Of a stretch of DNA of 64,000 bases, positions 28,628-38,410 are shown piece after piece. The notes under the pieces are model-generated. The model had not been told where the DNA came from. It saw only the letters and a list, made by a program, of their open reading frames with translations, and did no database searches. The stretch comes from Gammaproteobacteria bacterium (lineage in GTDB: Bacteria; Pseudomonadota; Gammaproteobacteria; UBA4575), in contig CBDEUS010000002.1 of the NCBI GenBank assembly GCA_965243395.1, forward strand, positions 640,001-704,000, written 5' to 3'. The position numbers were made by a program, and so were the translations under genes. How positions within the stretch are numbered: the stretch's first letter is position 1; each line of letters opens with the position of its first letter.

Positions 28628-29250
28628 ATGCTTATCAACTCCATCAAATACTTGAAAAGAATATTGGTTTATTAGTATTTGGAATTTTATTTGTTTCTGC
28701 TATTGGTGGATTGGTTCAGGTACTGCCAAGCTTGTTCCAAGAATCTTTACAAACAGCCACTGAGAATACAAAAGTGTATCAACCGCTCGAATTAGTGGGG
28801 CGTGATATATATATAAGAGAAGCTTGCAGCACATGCCATTCACAACAAATTCGTCCATTAGTTGCTGAAGTACAACGATATGGTGCTTTTTCCCGAGCTG
28901 GAGAGTTTGTATACGATCGCCCATTTTTATGGGGTTCAAAAAGAACCGGTCCGGACTTACATAGAATTGGTGGCAAATATTCGGATGCCTGGCATCGCAT
29001 GCATTTAATCAATCCACGTGCTGTTGTACCTAACTCTATTATGCCAGCGTACCCATGGTTGGCCGATCGTTTGGCAAATCAAAATCAAGATATTGAAAAG
29101 AAACTTCGTGTACTACAAATGCTTGGTCATCCTTACACAGATGAAGAAATTTCATCTTCGAGTTCCAAGCTGGAAGGATATACAGAAATGGATGCACTCA
29201 TTGCTTATTTACAGGTATTGGGAACAGCATACTCAGGAGAAAAATCGTAA
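28624..29250 (+). CDS. ccoO: cbb3-type oxidase subunit II
   Basis: [35 protein letters not shown]. Confidence 0.97.
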   Translation: MNAYQLHQILEKNIGLLVFGILFVSAIGGLVQVLPSLFQESLQTATENTKVYQPLELVGRDIYIREACSTCHSQQIRPLVAEVQRYGAFSRAGEFVYDRPFLWGSKRTGPDLHRIGGKYSDAWHRMHLINPRAVVPNSIMPAYPWLADRLANQNQDIEKKLRVLQMLGHPYTDEEISSSSSKLEGYTEMDALIAYLQVLGTAYSGEKS

Positions 29251-29393
29251 TGGCTTATTTTATTTTTATCGGTGATATGTTCGTGATGGCATTCATGATT
29301 GGTGTTGTAGTGTGGGTATCAATGAAATCTTCGGATAAATCTACGAGTGAAGCTGCACGTATACCATTAGAAGACGAGGATACCGATGGCTGA
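29250..29393 (+). CDS. ccoQ: cbb3-type oxidase subunit CcoQ (47 aa, not in ORF track)
   Basis: [34 protein letters not shown]; single TM plus the typical AA.IP..D tail; overlaps the ccoO stop and ccoP start. Confidence 0.8.
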   Translation: MAYFIFIGDMFVMAFMIGVVVWVSMKSSDKSTSEAARIPLEDEDTDG

Positions 29394-30273
29394 TATGCCG
29401 ACAGACTTTTGGGCAGGATGGATTATCGTACTCACCATCGTTAGTTTGATGGGATTTGTTTGGTTGGTGTATAGCATTTACTTTTTAGCTAACAAACAAA
29501 AACAAGAAGAATCACCTATTTGGGATGAAACACTCTCAGAGGACGCACACCCAGCCCCTATGTGGTGGTTTTGGTTAACGTTAATTGCATTAGTTTTAAC
29601 GGTTGTATATTTAATTTTATATCCTGGTCTAGGATCTTTTAGTGGAACTTTAAAATGGTCCCAACATGGAAGACTTGATCACAGCATGAGCCACTATCAT
29701 AAAAATTTTTCCCCTAAACGAAATTACGTTCTCAACCGATCAATTTCTGAATTGCAGGCCAACCATGCAGTCATGCAATCTGCACAAAGAATTTTTGTAC
29801 AAAATTGTGCTGCATGTCATGGAGTTAATGGACAGGGACAAGCATCTATGTTTCCTAACTTAAAAGATAATGATTGGCAGTGGGGGGGTGGTGAAGAAGC
29901 CATCACTCAGACAATTAAACATGGTCGACGAGCAATAATGGTTGGTTGGAAAGATGCTATTGGAGATGAAGGTGTGTCACAGGTAATTAGTTATGTAAAG
30001 GCGTTATCAAGTAATGATCATAACAATGATCAAGGTAAAGAAATTTTTCAGAAAAATTGTGCTGCATGCCATGGTTTGCAAGGAGAGGGTAACCCTGTTC
30101 TGGGCGCACCAAATTTAACTGATGATATATGGTTATATGGTGATTCTGATAACGCGCTAATTCAAACCATCGCATATGGTCGTGAAGGAGTAATGCCTTC
30201 ATTTGAAAATCGATTAGACGATATTCAGATTCGCATGCTTACTGCACTTCTAATGCAAGTTGATAAACATTAA
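29386..30273 (+). CDS. ccoP: cbb3-type oxidase subunit III
   Basis: P.P.WW, YPGLG, two CAACHG haem motifs, PNL.D..W. Confidence 0.96.
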   Translation: MADMPTDFWAGWIIVLTIVSLMGFVWLVYSIYFLANKQKQEESPIWDETLSEDAHPAPMWWFWLTLIALVLTVVYLILYPGLGSFSGTLKWSQHGRLDHSMSHYHKNFSPKRNYVLNRSISELQANHAVMQSAQRIFVQNCAACHGVNGQGQASMFPNLKDNDWQWGGGEEAITQTIKHGRRAIMVGWKDAIGDEGVSQVISYVKALSSNDHNNDQGKEIFQKNCAACHGLQGEGNPVLGAPNLTDDIWLYGDSDNALIQTIAYGREGVMPSFENRLDDIQIRMLTALLMQVDKH

Positions 30274-31663
30274 TCCTGTAAATTATTTTATGAAAAAAAT
30301 GAACATGAAAACAAAAAGTGCTGCATTATTTTTACTATTGTTGCCGATAATAGCTGATGCAACGAACGGGTATTTTGCGCATGGTATTGGTATAAAAAAT
30401 CGAGCACTTGCAGGTGCCGGAGTCGCTTTTCCACAAGATGCCTTGGCAAGTGCTACAAACCCTGCGGGTATGGCTTTTATTGGAAATCGTTTTGATATCG
30501 GAGCGGTTTTGTTTCGACCAGATCGGGGTTATTCGGCACGAACAAGCCTTGCTAATGGAAATGGCGGAGCATTCACTATCGGACCTGATTCAGAAGATAG
30601 TGGAGACGCATCATTTTTAATCCCAAATTTTGGTATTAACTATATGTTGACAGAGAATGATGCAATTGGATTATCCATTTATGGTAATGGTGGTTTAAAT
30701 ACGTCTTATCAAGGCGGAAGTGCTTCATTTGATCCCACAGGAATGGGCGGAGCAGCTTCAACTTTTCCTGGTACATTTGGTGCGGGTACGGCTGGTGTGG
30801 ATCTGTTCCAAATATTTTTTAATTTTTCTTATGCGCATAAATTTTCTGAAAACTTTTCTATAGGCTTGAGTCCTATTTTTGTCGTACAGGGATTTCGCAG
30901 TAATGGTTTAGATACCTTTGCACCGTTTACAAAAACTTTTGCAGAAAATGGTGGAATGATAATGCCTGATAGCTTAACCGATAATGGCCAAGATTATTCT
31001 TATGGGGGTGGTGTGCAAGTTGGTTTATTAGCTAAAGATGTAATTGGCACAACTGACTTCGGTTTTTCTTATCGTTCAAAAATGTATATGGATGAGTTTG
31101 ACGATTATTCTGATTTATTTGCTGAAGACGGCGATTTTGATGTTCCGCCAACACTCTGGACGGGAATTGCAATTGAGTTAACGAAAAAATTAACTTTTGT
31201 CGCTGATTATCAAAAAATATGGTACGAAGACGTGGATGCGATTAGTAACGACGTTCAAAATTTATTTTCCTGTCCGACGGCTGGTTTGGGCGGCACTGAT
31301 GTTGATAGTTGCTTAGGCGGGAATACCGGGGGTGGTTTTGGTTGGGATGATATCGATATCATCAAACTAGGTCTTCAATGGCAAACTCACCCTGATGTCA
31401 CTATGCGCTTTGGTTATAGTCATTCAGATAACCCAATTGATGATGATCAAGTGCTTTTCAATATACTGGCCCCGGGTGTAGTCGAAGATCACATTACGAT
31501 TGGCGCTACAATAGAGACGAAGAATATGGGTGAAATCAACATCGAGGCGATGCATGCTTTACATAACTCCGTTAAAGGTGCGAATGCTTTTGATCCCACA
31601 CAGGAAATTCGCATAGGTATGCACCAGTTTGAATTAGGCCTCAGCTGGTCAAAGGAATTTTGA
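30260..31663 (+). CDS. FadL/TodX (OmpP1) family outer-membrane channel for hydrophobic compounds; start probably ATG 30305
   Basis: Signal peptide followed by TNGYFAHG, NPAGM hatch motif, GNGGLNT.Y, FNILAPGV, C-terminal Phe. Confidence 0.88.
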   Translation: MININPVNYFMKKMNMKTKSAALFLLLLPIIADATNGYFAHGIGIKNRALAGAGVAFPQDALASATNPAGMAFIGNRFDIGAVLFRPDRGYSARTSLANGNGGAFTIGPDSEDSGDASFLIPNFGINYMLTENDAIGLSIYGNGGLNTSYQGGSASFDPTGMGGAASTFPGTFGAGTAGVDLFQIFFNFSYAHKFSENFSIGLSPIFVVQGFRSNGLDTFAPFTKTFAENGGMIMPDSLTDNGQDYSYGGGVQVGLLAKDVIGTTDFGFSYRSKMYMDEFDDYSDLFAEDGDFDVPPTLWTGIAIELTKKLTFVADYQKIWYEDVDAISNDVQNLFSCPTAGLGGTDVDSCLGGNTGGGFGWDDIDIIKLGLQWQTHPDVTMRFGYSHSDNPIDDDQVLFNILAPGVVEDHITIGATIETKNMGEINIEAMHALHNSVKGANAFDPTQEIRIGMHQFELGLSWSKEF

Positions 31664-31671
31664 GGTGAATT

Positions 31672-32079
31672 ATGAATAACGAAAACACAGATATGTATTA
31701 CATAGTTGAATCAAAAAAAAATTTTGATCAAGTTGTTAAAGATTTAGAAGAAGCTATAAAAAATAATGGTTTCGGCATTTTACATATTCATAACTTAGGC
31801 AGTACATTACGAAGCAAAGGTGTTGCATTTAAAGAAGAATGTAAAATATTTGAAGTATGTAACCCCCTTGAAGCGGCCAAGGTTTTATCAGCCGATATGC
31901 GTTTAAATATGGCATTGCCTTGCCGTATTTCGGTATATACCGAGCACACTTCTACAAAAATTGGTTTTATCAGGCCAGAAAAGATTTTATCTGCGCTTTC
32001 CCACAACAAAATTCTTGAAGATACAGCAAAAGAAGTGGAAGAAGAGATTATACAAATGTTAGAAGAAGCAAAAGCTTGA
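31672..32079 (+). CDS. DUF302 domain protein
   Basis: GF.IL.IH, EVCNP..A, LPCRISVY. Confidence 0.88.
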   Translation: MNNENTDMYYIVESKKNFDQVVKDLEEAIKNNGFGILHIHNLGSTLRSKGVAFKEECKIFEVCNPLEAAKVLSADMRLNMALPCRISVYTEHTSTKIGFIRPEKILSALSHNKILEDTAKEVEEEIIQMLEEAKA

Positions 32080-32091
32080 ACACTTTTTGAA

Positions 32092-32649
32092 GTGTTGGAG
32101 GTTATAGATATGAAACCCATTCTAGATAAATTACATACAGACCATAAAAATTTTATGAAATTACTAAAATTTTTAGAACAACAATTACAAATATTAATGG
32201 ACTGCGGCCACTCTGATTTTGAGCTTACGCTTGATGCAATAAGGTATATGAAAGAGTATCCGGATCTAATTCACCATCCTTTAGAGAATGTAGTTTTTAA
32301 ATATTTTCTTGAGCATCATAAAGAAGTTTATGATGAACTTACTGCATTGCTACATGAACATGAAGAAATGCCTGCTCTTACAGAAAAACTATTAGAGATG
32401 CTTCAAAATACATTGTCTGGTGTTCCACAAGAAAGAGAACGATTATGTAGTTATTTAAAAGAATATATTGCTAAACAAATTGAGCATATGAATCGTGAAG
32501 AAGCTCAAGTATATCCAGTGATAAATTCAACACTTACAGATAAAGAATGGTCGGAAATTAAAAGTGATTTGGAAAATGTTGACGATCCCTTATTTGGGAG
32601 AAATATTAAAAAGTCATATCAAGCCTTATTACAAAAGGTAGTTGGCTAA
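32092..32649 (+). CDS. Hemerythrin-like domain protein
   Basis: LHTDH, HHPLE, LLHEH, EHMNREE..VYP. Confidence 0.85.
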   Translation: MLEVIDMKPILDKLHTDHKNFMKLLKFLEQQLQILMDCGHSDFELTLDAIRYMKEYPDLIHHPLENVVFKYFLEHHKEVYDELTALLHEHEEMPALTEKLLEMLQNTLSGVPQERERLCSYLKEYIAKQIEHMNREEAQVYPVINSTLTDKEWSEIKSDLENVDDPLFGRNIKKSYQALLQKVVG

Positions 32650-32693
32650 ATTACAAGCTGCTTTGCATATTAAACTATTCAACTTTGATCAGA

Positions 32694-32720
32694 TGCAACT
32701 TTCGGGTTGCAACTTTTTTT
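32694..32720 (+). terminator. Probable terminator of the cco-FadL operon
   Basis: TGCAACT-TTCG-GGTTGCA hairpin (UUCG loop) followed by a T run, between convergent genes. Confidence 0.6.
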
Positions 32721-32735
32721 CACACATCCATATGT

Positions 32736-33479
32736 TTACCAATAGCTTTCGGTTGTAATATGTCCGGGTGATCTACGTAAGTTTTTCTTTAAACCTTTTT
32801 CATTAAGTGCATTGCGTGTATCCGTTAACATATCCGGATTTCCACACATCATTACTTGAGACCATTCAGGTGATATCTGCAAATTGACCTTTTCTTCTAA
32901 ACTTCCATTCTCAATAGCAGCAGGAATACGTCCAGGTAATGCAAAATCGGTTTCTTCTCTGCTTACAAACGGAATCATTTTGAATTTCTGTTTAAATTTG
33001 TTCTCAAAAGTTGCGATTGTATCCTGGTAGGTTAGTTCTTTTGCGAACCGTACCGCGTGCACTAAAACAATGTTTTCAAAACGTTGCCATACTTCTTCTG
33101 ATTTAAGAATGGATAAAAATGGGCCGAGTGCCGTTCCTGTTGAAAGCATCCACATATCACGTCCTTCAGGTACCTCGTTTAAGGTAAAAAAACCATTAGG
33201 ACGTTTATCGATAAAAATAGGATCACCAGCACGAAGCTCAGCCAGTCTAGGTGACAAAGGTCCTTCGGAAACTGTGATTGAATAAAACTCTAAAAGTGAT
33301 TCATGTGGAGCATTTACAAATGAGTAAGGCCGTCCCACGATTTGATCATCTATTTGTAAACCCAATCTTCCGTACTGACCTGCTACAAATGGTTCAATCT
33401 TAGCTTCAATGCGAAGAGAATAAAGCAGTTCAGTCCAATGCTTATTCTCAATTACTTTCCCTTCTACCCAATTACTCAT
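32736..33479 (-). CDS. fpr: Ferredoxin(flavodoxin)-NADP+ reductase
   Basis: MSNWVEG, RPYS, GPLSPRL, STGTALGPF, MCGNP.M, E.YW terminus. Confidence 0.93.
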   Translation of the reverse strand: MSNWVEGKVIENKHWTELLYSLRIEAKIEPFVAGQYGRLGLQIDDQIVGRPYSFVNAPHESLLEFYSITVSEGPLSPRLAELRAGDPIFIDKRPNGFFTLNEVPEGRDMWMLSTGTALGPFLSILKSEEVWQRFENIVLVHAVRFAKELTYQDTIATFENKFKQKFKMIPFVSREETDFALPGRIPAAIENGSLEEKVNLQISPEWSQVMMCGNPDMLTDTRNALNEKGLKKNLRRSPGHITTESYW

Positions 33480-33626
33480 ATGAGTCAGCTTTAAAAAATC
33501 GTAGCGTTAAAACAGGATCACGCAACATAGTGCTGCAGTTACTAAAAAGCAACTATTCATGCATAGATATAAACCTATTATTGCTCGGTGTGTGCTGTAC
33601 TTAAGTGTAATATGAAAATTAATTAA

Positions 33627-34265
33627 TTACTTACTTACAGGCATGTTTGACTCAGGAGGTTTACCATTAAACCGATCTACAAAAAACTGAATGATACGTT
33701 TAATTCCACGCCAAAGTTTTGGTAGAAGCCAGATTATTAGCAAGATGAAAGCTGCAAGTAATGCAATGAAGATGTATGGATGCTCAATTGCAGCCCATAT
33801 TCCCGCAAACACAGCAATATCTTCCAGTAATGATGCAGTCCAATTGCTAACAGGTTCTGGTGAAGTATTAATCATCACGCGACTACCTGCTTTAGCAAAA
33901 TGAGTACCAGCAGCGATGCTACCGCCGACTATTGCTGCTGCTAATTCGGCAGCCGGAGATACATCACCTATTGCTCCGGCAGCAAGTAATGCACCTGCGG
34001 GAATGCGTACAAAAGTGTGTAAAGTATCCCAGCCTGTATCTACACCAGGTACTTTGTCGGCAAAAAATTCAACACCATACATCAAGGCTGCAGCCGCTAT
34101 AACTAGGGGGTCGCCAATGATTTGCAGGTCAGTTGGTAAGTCTACATAGCCCGTGTTCGACATAATGCCGAGCGCCAGTAATGTGCCATATAGATTTATA
34201 CCACTTGCCCAGGCTACTCCCATGGTGAGAGCTATGGTTTGTACCAGTGTTGAATATTCTTCCAT
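33627..34265 (-). CDS. DUF4126 domain membrane protein
   Basis: AWASGINLY, EFFADKVPGVD..WD, NTSPEP.SNW.AS..ED. Confidence 0.85.
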   Translation of the reverse strand: MEEYSTLVQTIALTMGVAWASGINLYGTLLALGIMSNTGYVDLPTDLQIIGDPLVIAAAALMYGVEFFADKVPGVDTGWDTLHTFVRIPAGALLAAGAIGDVSPAAELAAAIVGGSIAAGTHFAKAGSRVMINTSPEPVSNWTASLLEDIAVFAGIWAAIEHPYIFIALLAAFILLIIWLLPKLWRGIKRIIQFFVDRFNGKPPESNMPVSK

Positions 34266-34449
34266 TATTAACCCTTACCTTGTTTCAGCTAGTTACTTAT
34301 TAAGACTGCAAAAAATCAAATTAGTGCCTTAGCTTACAAAAGCTTAGCGTAAATTCCTGTTAACAATAAAGGTAAATTTTTCAAGGTTAATCTTGAATTC
34401 CTTCTATGAAGACCCCATATTTTAAGTTTATGCAAATGAAGATGTTAAT

Positions 34450-34782
34450 TTAATAAGGTGTCAGACAAATTTGTATACGGTTATTTTCAATACGAACAGG
34501 ATAGCGTTGTAGGGCTTCTGTTGCGGGCTCTTCCATTGGTTTGCCAGTGCGTACATTAAAACGACTTCCGTGTAAGGTGCAACTTATCAATTCACCTTTT
34601 AGACAGCCAAGTGATAATGAAGAATCTTCGTGGGTACACATATCATCAACAGCATATAGCTTACCTTCAACATTAACCAGTAAGATGTCCCCTATCTCAG
34701 TATTAATTTTTTTTGTTGCGCCAATAGGCAAGTTATTCGTTGACATAATGTCAATAAAAGTAAGTTCATCATTCATGAGCAA
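34450..34782 (-). CDS. Rieske [2Fe-2S] ferredoxin (oxygenase ferredoxin type)
   Basis: CTHE..SL..G and C.LHGSRF...TG motifs. Confidence 0.9.
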   Translation of the reverse strand: MLMNDELTFIDIMSTNNLPIGATKKINTEIGDILLVNVEGKLYAVDDMCTHEDSSLSLGCLKGELISCTLHGSRFNVRTGKPMEEPATEALQRYPVRIENNRIQICLTPY

Positions 34783-34811
34783 TAAATTAAAAAGAGTTAA
34801 CGTATCTAATC

Positions 34812-35051
34812 ATGCCGTACTTTATATATAAAATCACTTCCGGTTCTGCAGGAGCAATTAAGAGTCTTGAACTTATTGATCAGTATGATGCATTTAAACC
34901 TGCTAAAAAATATATACGTGAAAAACGGCCTGAAGTTGAAACGGATAGCCGTACTACTTTAAAAATGATATTTGCGGAAACAGAGTTTGAAGCCGAGCAA
35001 CGTCTAAGTACACCACGTGAAGCACCTATTTTACGTGAATGGGAAAAATAA
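34812..35051 (+). CDS. Hypothetical protein (79 aa)
   Basis: Coherent ORF, first of a co-oriented run, protein-like composition. Confidence 0.65.
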   Translation: MPYFIYKITSGSAGAIKSLELIDQYDAFKPAKKYIREKRPEVETDSRTTLKMIFAETEFEAEQRLSTPREAPILREWEK

Positions 35052-35077
35052 ATTTGCAGCATTCATGGTTATAAATT

Positions 35078-35533
35078 GTGGATGAGCAACAGTATAGAAA
35101 CACCTATAGCAGTATAAATCCTCAACGCTGCGTATTTGAAAAAGCAATTAACTCTCGCGTTTGTAATTGTAATCGATCACAACGTTTTAATTTAGCAGAT
35201 CGCGAGGGAGTTGCATGTAAATCTGAATTTGCGCTTAAACGCTGTAACAAATTACTTCGTTCCTTACATGAAAATGCACGTTTTGCTTTACAACGTCTTG
35301 ATATCAATCAATTAGGCCATGCACAAGAAATTAAAATACAAAATGGTGGTTTGATCGGGCTGCAGAAAGAGATGGGGAACACAAAAGAAGAAAAAGTAAT
35401 TGATATCGATACAGTCATCGAAAAGGCTGAAAATCAATATGGTAGCGTTGAGAAATTTCCCTATTCGCAAATTATGCAAGTAGTCAGTGCATATCAGATC
35501 CGTACGAAAAAAATTAAGCGAGGAAAATCATAA
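35078..35533 (+). CDS. Hypothetical Cys-rich protein
   Basis: C-x10-CxC..C..C pattern; operon-like spacing. Confidence 0.65.
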   Translation: MDEQQYRNTYSSINPQRCVFEKAINSRVCNCNRSQRFNLADREGVACKSEFALKRCNKLLRSLHENARFALQRLDINQLGHAQEIKIQNGGLIGLQKEMGNTKEEKVIDIDTVIEKAENQYGSVEKFPYSQIMQVVSAYQIRTKKIKRGKS

Positions 35534-35541
35534 AATACGTT

Positions 35542-36135
35542 ATGGCACGCGTAACAAAATTAGATAATTTACTAAATGAAGTTAGAGCTTGTCGTATCTG
35601 TGAAACTGAGCTGCCATTAGGACCCAATCCTATTTTACGCGCTAAGCGCAGTGCTAAAATACTTATTGTGGGTCAAGCACCTGGGGTAAAAGTGCATGAA
35701 TCTGGGATACCATGGAATGATCCCAGCGGTAAACGTTTGCGTGAATGGATGAAGGTTGATGAACAAACTTTCTATGATCCAGCTAAGGTTGCTATCATTC
35801 CTATGGGGTTTTGCTATCCTGGTAAAGGGTCATCGGGTGATTTGCCACCGCGTGAAGAATGTGCACCCATGTGGCATAAAAAGTTATTGACACATTTACC
35901 AAATATAAAGACGACACTACTTATTGGCCAGTATGCGCAGAAGTATTATTTGAGTGACAGTAAAAGCGCTAGCGTTACAGAGACTGTAATGAACTGGAAG
36001 CACTACATGCCTGACTATTTTCCATTACCACATCCTTCCCCCCGAAATACATTGTGGCTGAAGAAAAACTCTTGGTTTGAACAAAAAACTATTCCTCAGT
36101 TGCGAAAGTACTTACGTGCGGCGTTGAAAGAGTAG
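35542..36135 (+). CDS. Uracil-DNA glycosylase family protein
   Basis: CRIC, GQAPG, WND.SG..LR.W, PLPHPSPRN. Confidence 0.9.
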   Translation: MARVTKLDNLLNEVRACRICETELPLGPNPILRAKRSAKILIVGQAPGVKVHESGIPWNDPSGKRLREWMKVDEQTFYDPAKVAIIPMGFCYPGKGSSGDLPPREECAPMWHKKLLTHLPNIKTTLLIGQYAQKYYLSDSKSASVTETVMNWKHYMPDYFPLPHPSPRNTLWLKKNSWFEQKTIPQLRKYLRAALKE

Positions 36136-36137
36136 CT

Positions 36138-36542
36138 TTGTTTAAGGAGTTAGTTATGACAGAAAATGAAACTCAAGCAGAACATTCTCAAATACTAAGT
36201 ACTGGAATTAAGAATTATGAAAATTTAAAAGACATCACGACACTTGTGTATCTTTTACAGGCCATTGCATTTGTTGGATTTACACCTGTAATAGGCGTAA
36301 TTATTAATTATTTCAAAAAAAGCGAAGTGACTGGGTCCATTCTTGAAAGCCACTTTCGTTGGCAGATTAGAACTTTTTGGTGGGGCCTATTGTGGTTTAG
36401 CCTGGCAAGTTTTTTAATTTTTACTTGGATCGGTATGCCCATTGGTTATCCTATGCTTGCTATTTTGTTTGTTTGGTGGGCTTACCGCGTGGTAAGAGGT
36501 TGGCTCAGGCTAAATAAAGGTCGCCCCATGTATACGTCTTAA
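36138..36542 (+). CDS. DUF4870-type membrane protein
   Basis: VY.LQA, SHFRWQIRTFW, YRVVRGW..L. Confidence 0.8.
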   Translation: MFKELVMTENETQAEHSQILSTGIKNYENLKDITTLVYLLQAIAFVGFTPVIGVIINYFKKSEVTGSILESHFRWQIRTFWWGLLWFSLASFLIFTWIGMPIGYPMLAILFVWWAYRVVRGWLRLNKGRPMYTS

Positions 36543-36703
36543 TAGACCTACCGTTTATCCTGTACTTGATAATAATACCTATACAAAACATGTACTTATA
36601 GAATTTTTAAGAATCTATCTATATCGGTATATTATAAAACTCTAATATATTGATTATCATTAACTCATTAAAGTTTTAAACATATTTTTTTGAGGTAATG
36701 AAC

Positions 36704-36844
36704 ATGGAAGACATTAAAATTAAAAATCACATGAGTGAAATATACGGTTCAATTAATGATTACACCGTTTCACTTTGGGTTGAAACTGCAGGATTAGTTG
36801 CATTTTTGTCTGTCGTTTTTTGGGCAACAATTATATTATTCTAA
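36704..36844 (+). CDS. Putative 46-aa C-terminally anchored small protein
   Basis: GAGG SD; MEDIKIKNHMSEIYGSINDYTVSLWVETAGLVAFLSVVFWATIILF; followed by its own terminator. Confidence 0.55.
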   Translation: MEDIKIKNHMSEIYGSINDYTVSLWVETAGLVAFLSVVFWATIILF

Positions 36845-36881
36845 AATTCAAAGGAAGAAACTACATACACGGATAGTTTAG

Positions 36882-36918
36882 GCCAGTAGTGGTGTTTTCA
36901 TCACTACTGGCTTTTTTT
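36882..36918 (+). terminator. Rho-independent terminator
   Basis: GCCAGTAGTGGTG-TTTT-CATCACTACTGGC-TTTTTTT. Confidence 0.85.
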
Positions 36919-37054
36919 ATTGCCTTTCAGGCCATTTGAGGAGCTAACATTTTTCAAAAAATCATTATTTTTATTTGGAACTAGCCATTATTTAGAAGCT
37001 CTAAATTCAAGCTACTAAGCATAAGAATTTAACAACAAATTTAGCTACAAGAAT

Positions 37055-37864
37055 ATGAAGTTCCTCAAGACTATTCTTTGCCTGCTGACATTTACTTCAT
37101 CGTCCTTCGTTCACGCTGATACTGTTCTACTGTTGCATGGATATTTGGGCTCCAGTTATGAGTGGCAGCGTGCAGGGATCGTTACACAACTTGATTCTGC
37201 AGGTTGGCAAGATGCAGGTGTGTTATCGATTAAACAAGACCGTGTAATAGCGGATCAAATACATCCTTCGTCAGTACGACGCACATACAGACTAGAGTTA
37301 GTAAGCGATGAATCTATTGATTCTCAGGCAGGACAGCTAGAACGTTACATCGAATATATCCGTCATAAACACACAGACGAACAAATTATTTTAGTCGGCC
37401 ATTCTGCTGGTGGTGTAGTTGCACGTTTATATATGGTGAAAAACCCAAGAGAAGATATTAGTGCACTAATTACCATAGCAAGCCCACACTTAGGGACTAA
37501 AAATGCGGAATATGCTCAAGCCATATCTGAAAATTTATTAGTGTGGGTGGAAGGTATTCCTGGAATGGGAAAATTATACCGTTCTCAAGGATTATTTTTT
37601 GATTTGATTCCAAATCGTTCAGATAATTTAATAGGGTGGTTAAACTATCAAGAACACCCGCAAGCACGTTATTACTCTATTGTAAGAAATGAAACAGATG
37701 GTGCTGTACAAGATTTTGTTGTGCCTAGTTGGAGTCAAGATATGAATCAGGTATTTGCATTACGAGGAAGAAGCACAAGCTATACAGTTGATAGCATGCA
37801 TAGTTTAACATCCGAGGACGCAGAGATTTTAACGATTATTCTTTTCGATCTTTATACAGTCTAA
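37055..37864 (+). CDS. Secreted alpha/beta hydrolase (lipase/PGAP1-like)
   Basis: Signal peptide, LLHGY, GHSAGG nucleophile elbow, IASPHLG. Confidence 0.85.
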   Translation: MKFLKTILCLLTFTSSSFVHADTVLLLHGYLGSSYEWQRAGIVTQLDSAGWQDAGVLSIKQDRVIADQIHPSSVRRTYRLELVSDESIDSQAGQLERYIEYIRHKHTDEQIILVGHSAGGVVARLYMVKNPREDISALITIASPHLGTKNAEYAQAISENLLVWVEGIPGMGKLYRSQGLFFDLIPNRSDNLIGWLNYQEHPQARYYSIVRNETDGAVQDFVVPSWSQDMNQVFALRGRSTSYTVDSMHSLTSEDAEILTIILFDLYTV

Positions 37865-38410
37865 ATGCATTCAAAGCATTCAAAAAAAATATTAATTAGA
37901 ATTTATTTATTAATTAGCATTTATTTAGGGGTTACATTAATCATTTCTGCATGTGTTGCGCCTAGTGTAAATATAAAAAAAGACACTACGAATATACATG
38001 CATCAAAGGCCAGTTCGATTCAACATCAATTTTTAAATGCTGTTAACAATGTTAGATCAAAATCAAGGAAATGCGGCCAAGAAAAATTTCCTGCTGCACC
38101 TGCTCTTCGATTAAATAATGAATTAAATCGTGCTGCTTATAAGCATTCTTTAGATATGTACGAAAATCAGTTTTTAGATCACATAAGCTCTAACGGTGAT
38201 ACCTTGGTCGAACGGATGCAGCAAGTAGATTATTTATGGCGTGCTGTAGGAGAAAATATTGCACACAATCAAAAAAGCATAAATCAAGTAATCGATGATT
38301 GGTTAAGCAGCCCTGGCCATTGCAGTAATTTGATGTCCGACCAATTTACGGAGACAGGTGTAGCTCAAGTGAAGTATTACTGGACTCAGGTATATGCTAC
38401 ACCCGAATAA
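37865..38410 (+). CDS. CAP/SCP domain lipoprotein
   Basis: N.VRS..R.CG, AA.KHS.DM, GENIA, W..SPGHC.N.M, YWTQ. Confidence 0.9.
   Translation: MHSKHSKKILIRIYLLISIYLGVTLIISACVAPSVNIKKDTTNIHASKASSIQHQFLNAVNNVRSKSRKCGQEKFPAAPALRLNNELNRAAYKHSLDMYENQFLDHISSNGDTLVERMQQVDYLWRAVGENIAHNQKSINQVIDDWLSSPGHCSNLMSDQFTETGVAQVKYYWTQVYATPE

Noticed and set aside
29018-29275. 85-aa ORF overlapping ccoO
   Set aside because: Alternative frame within ccoO; the real small gene is ccoQ at 29250-29393.
32685-32698. TTGAT-CAGA-TGCAA FNR-like box
   Set aside because: It lies between convergent genes and overlaps a terminator hairpin.
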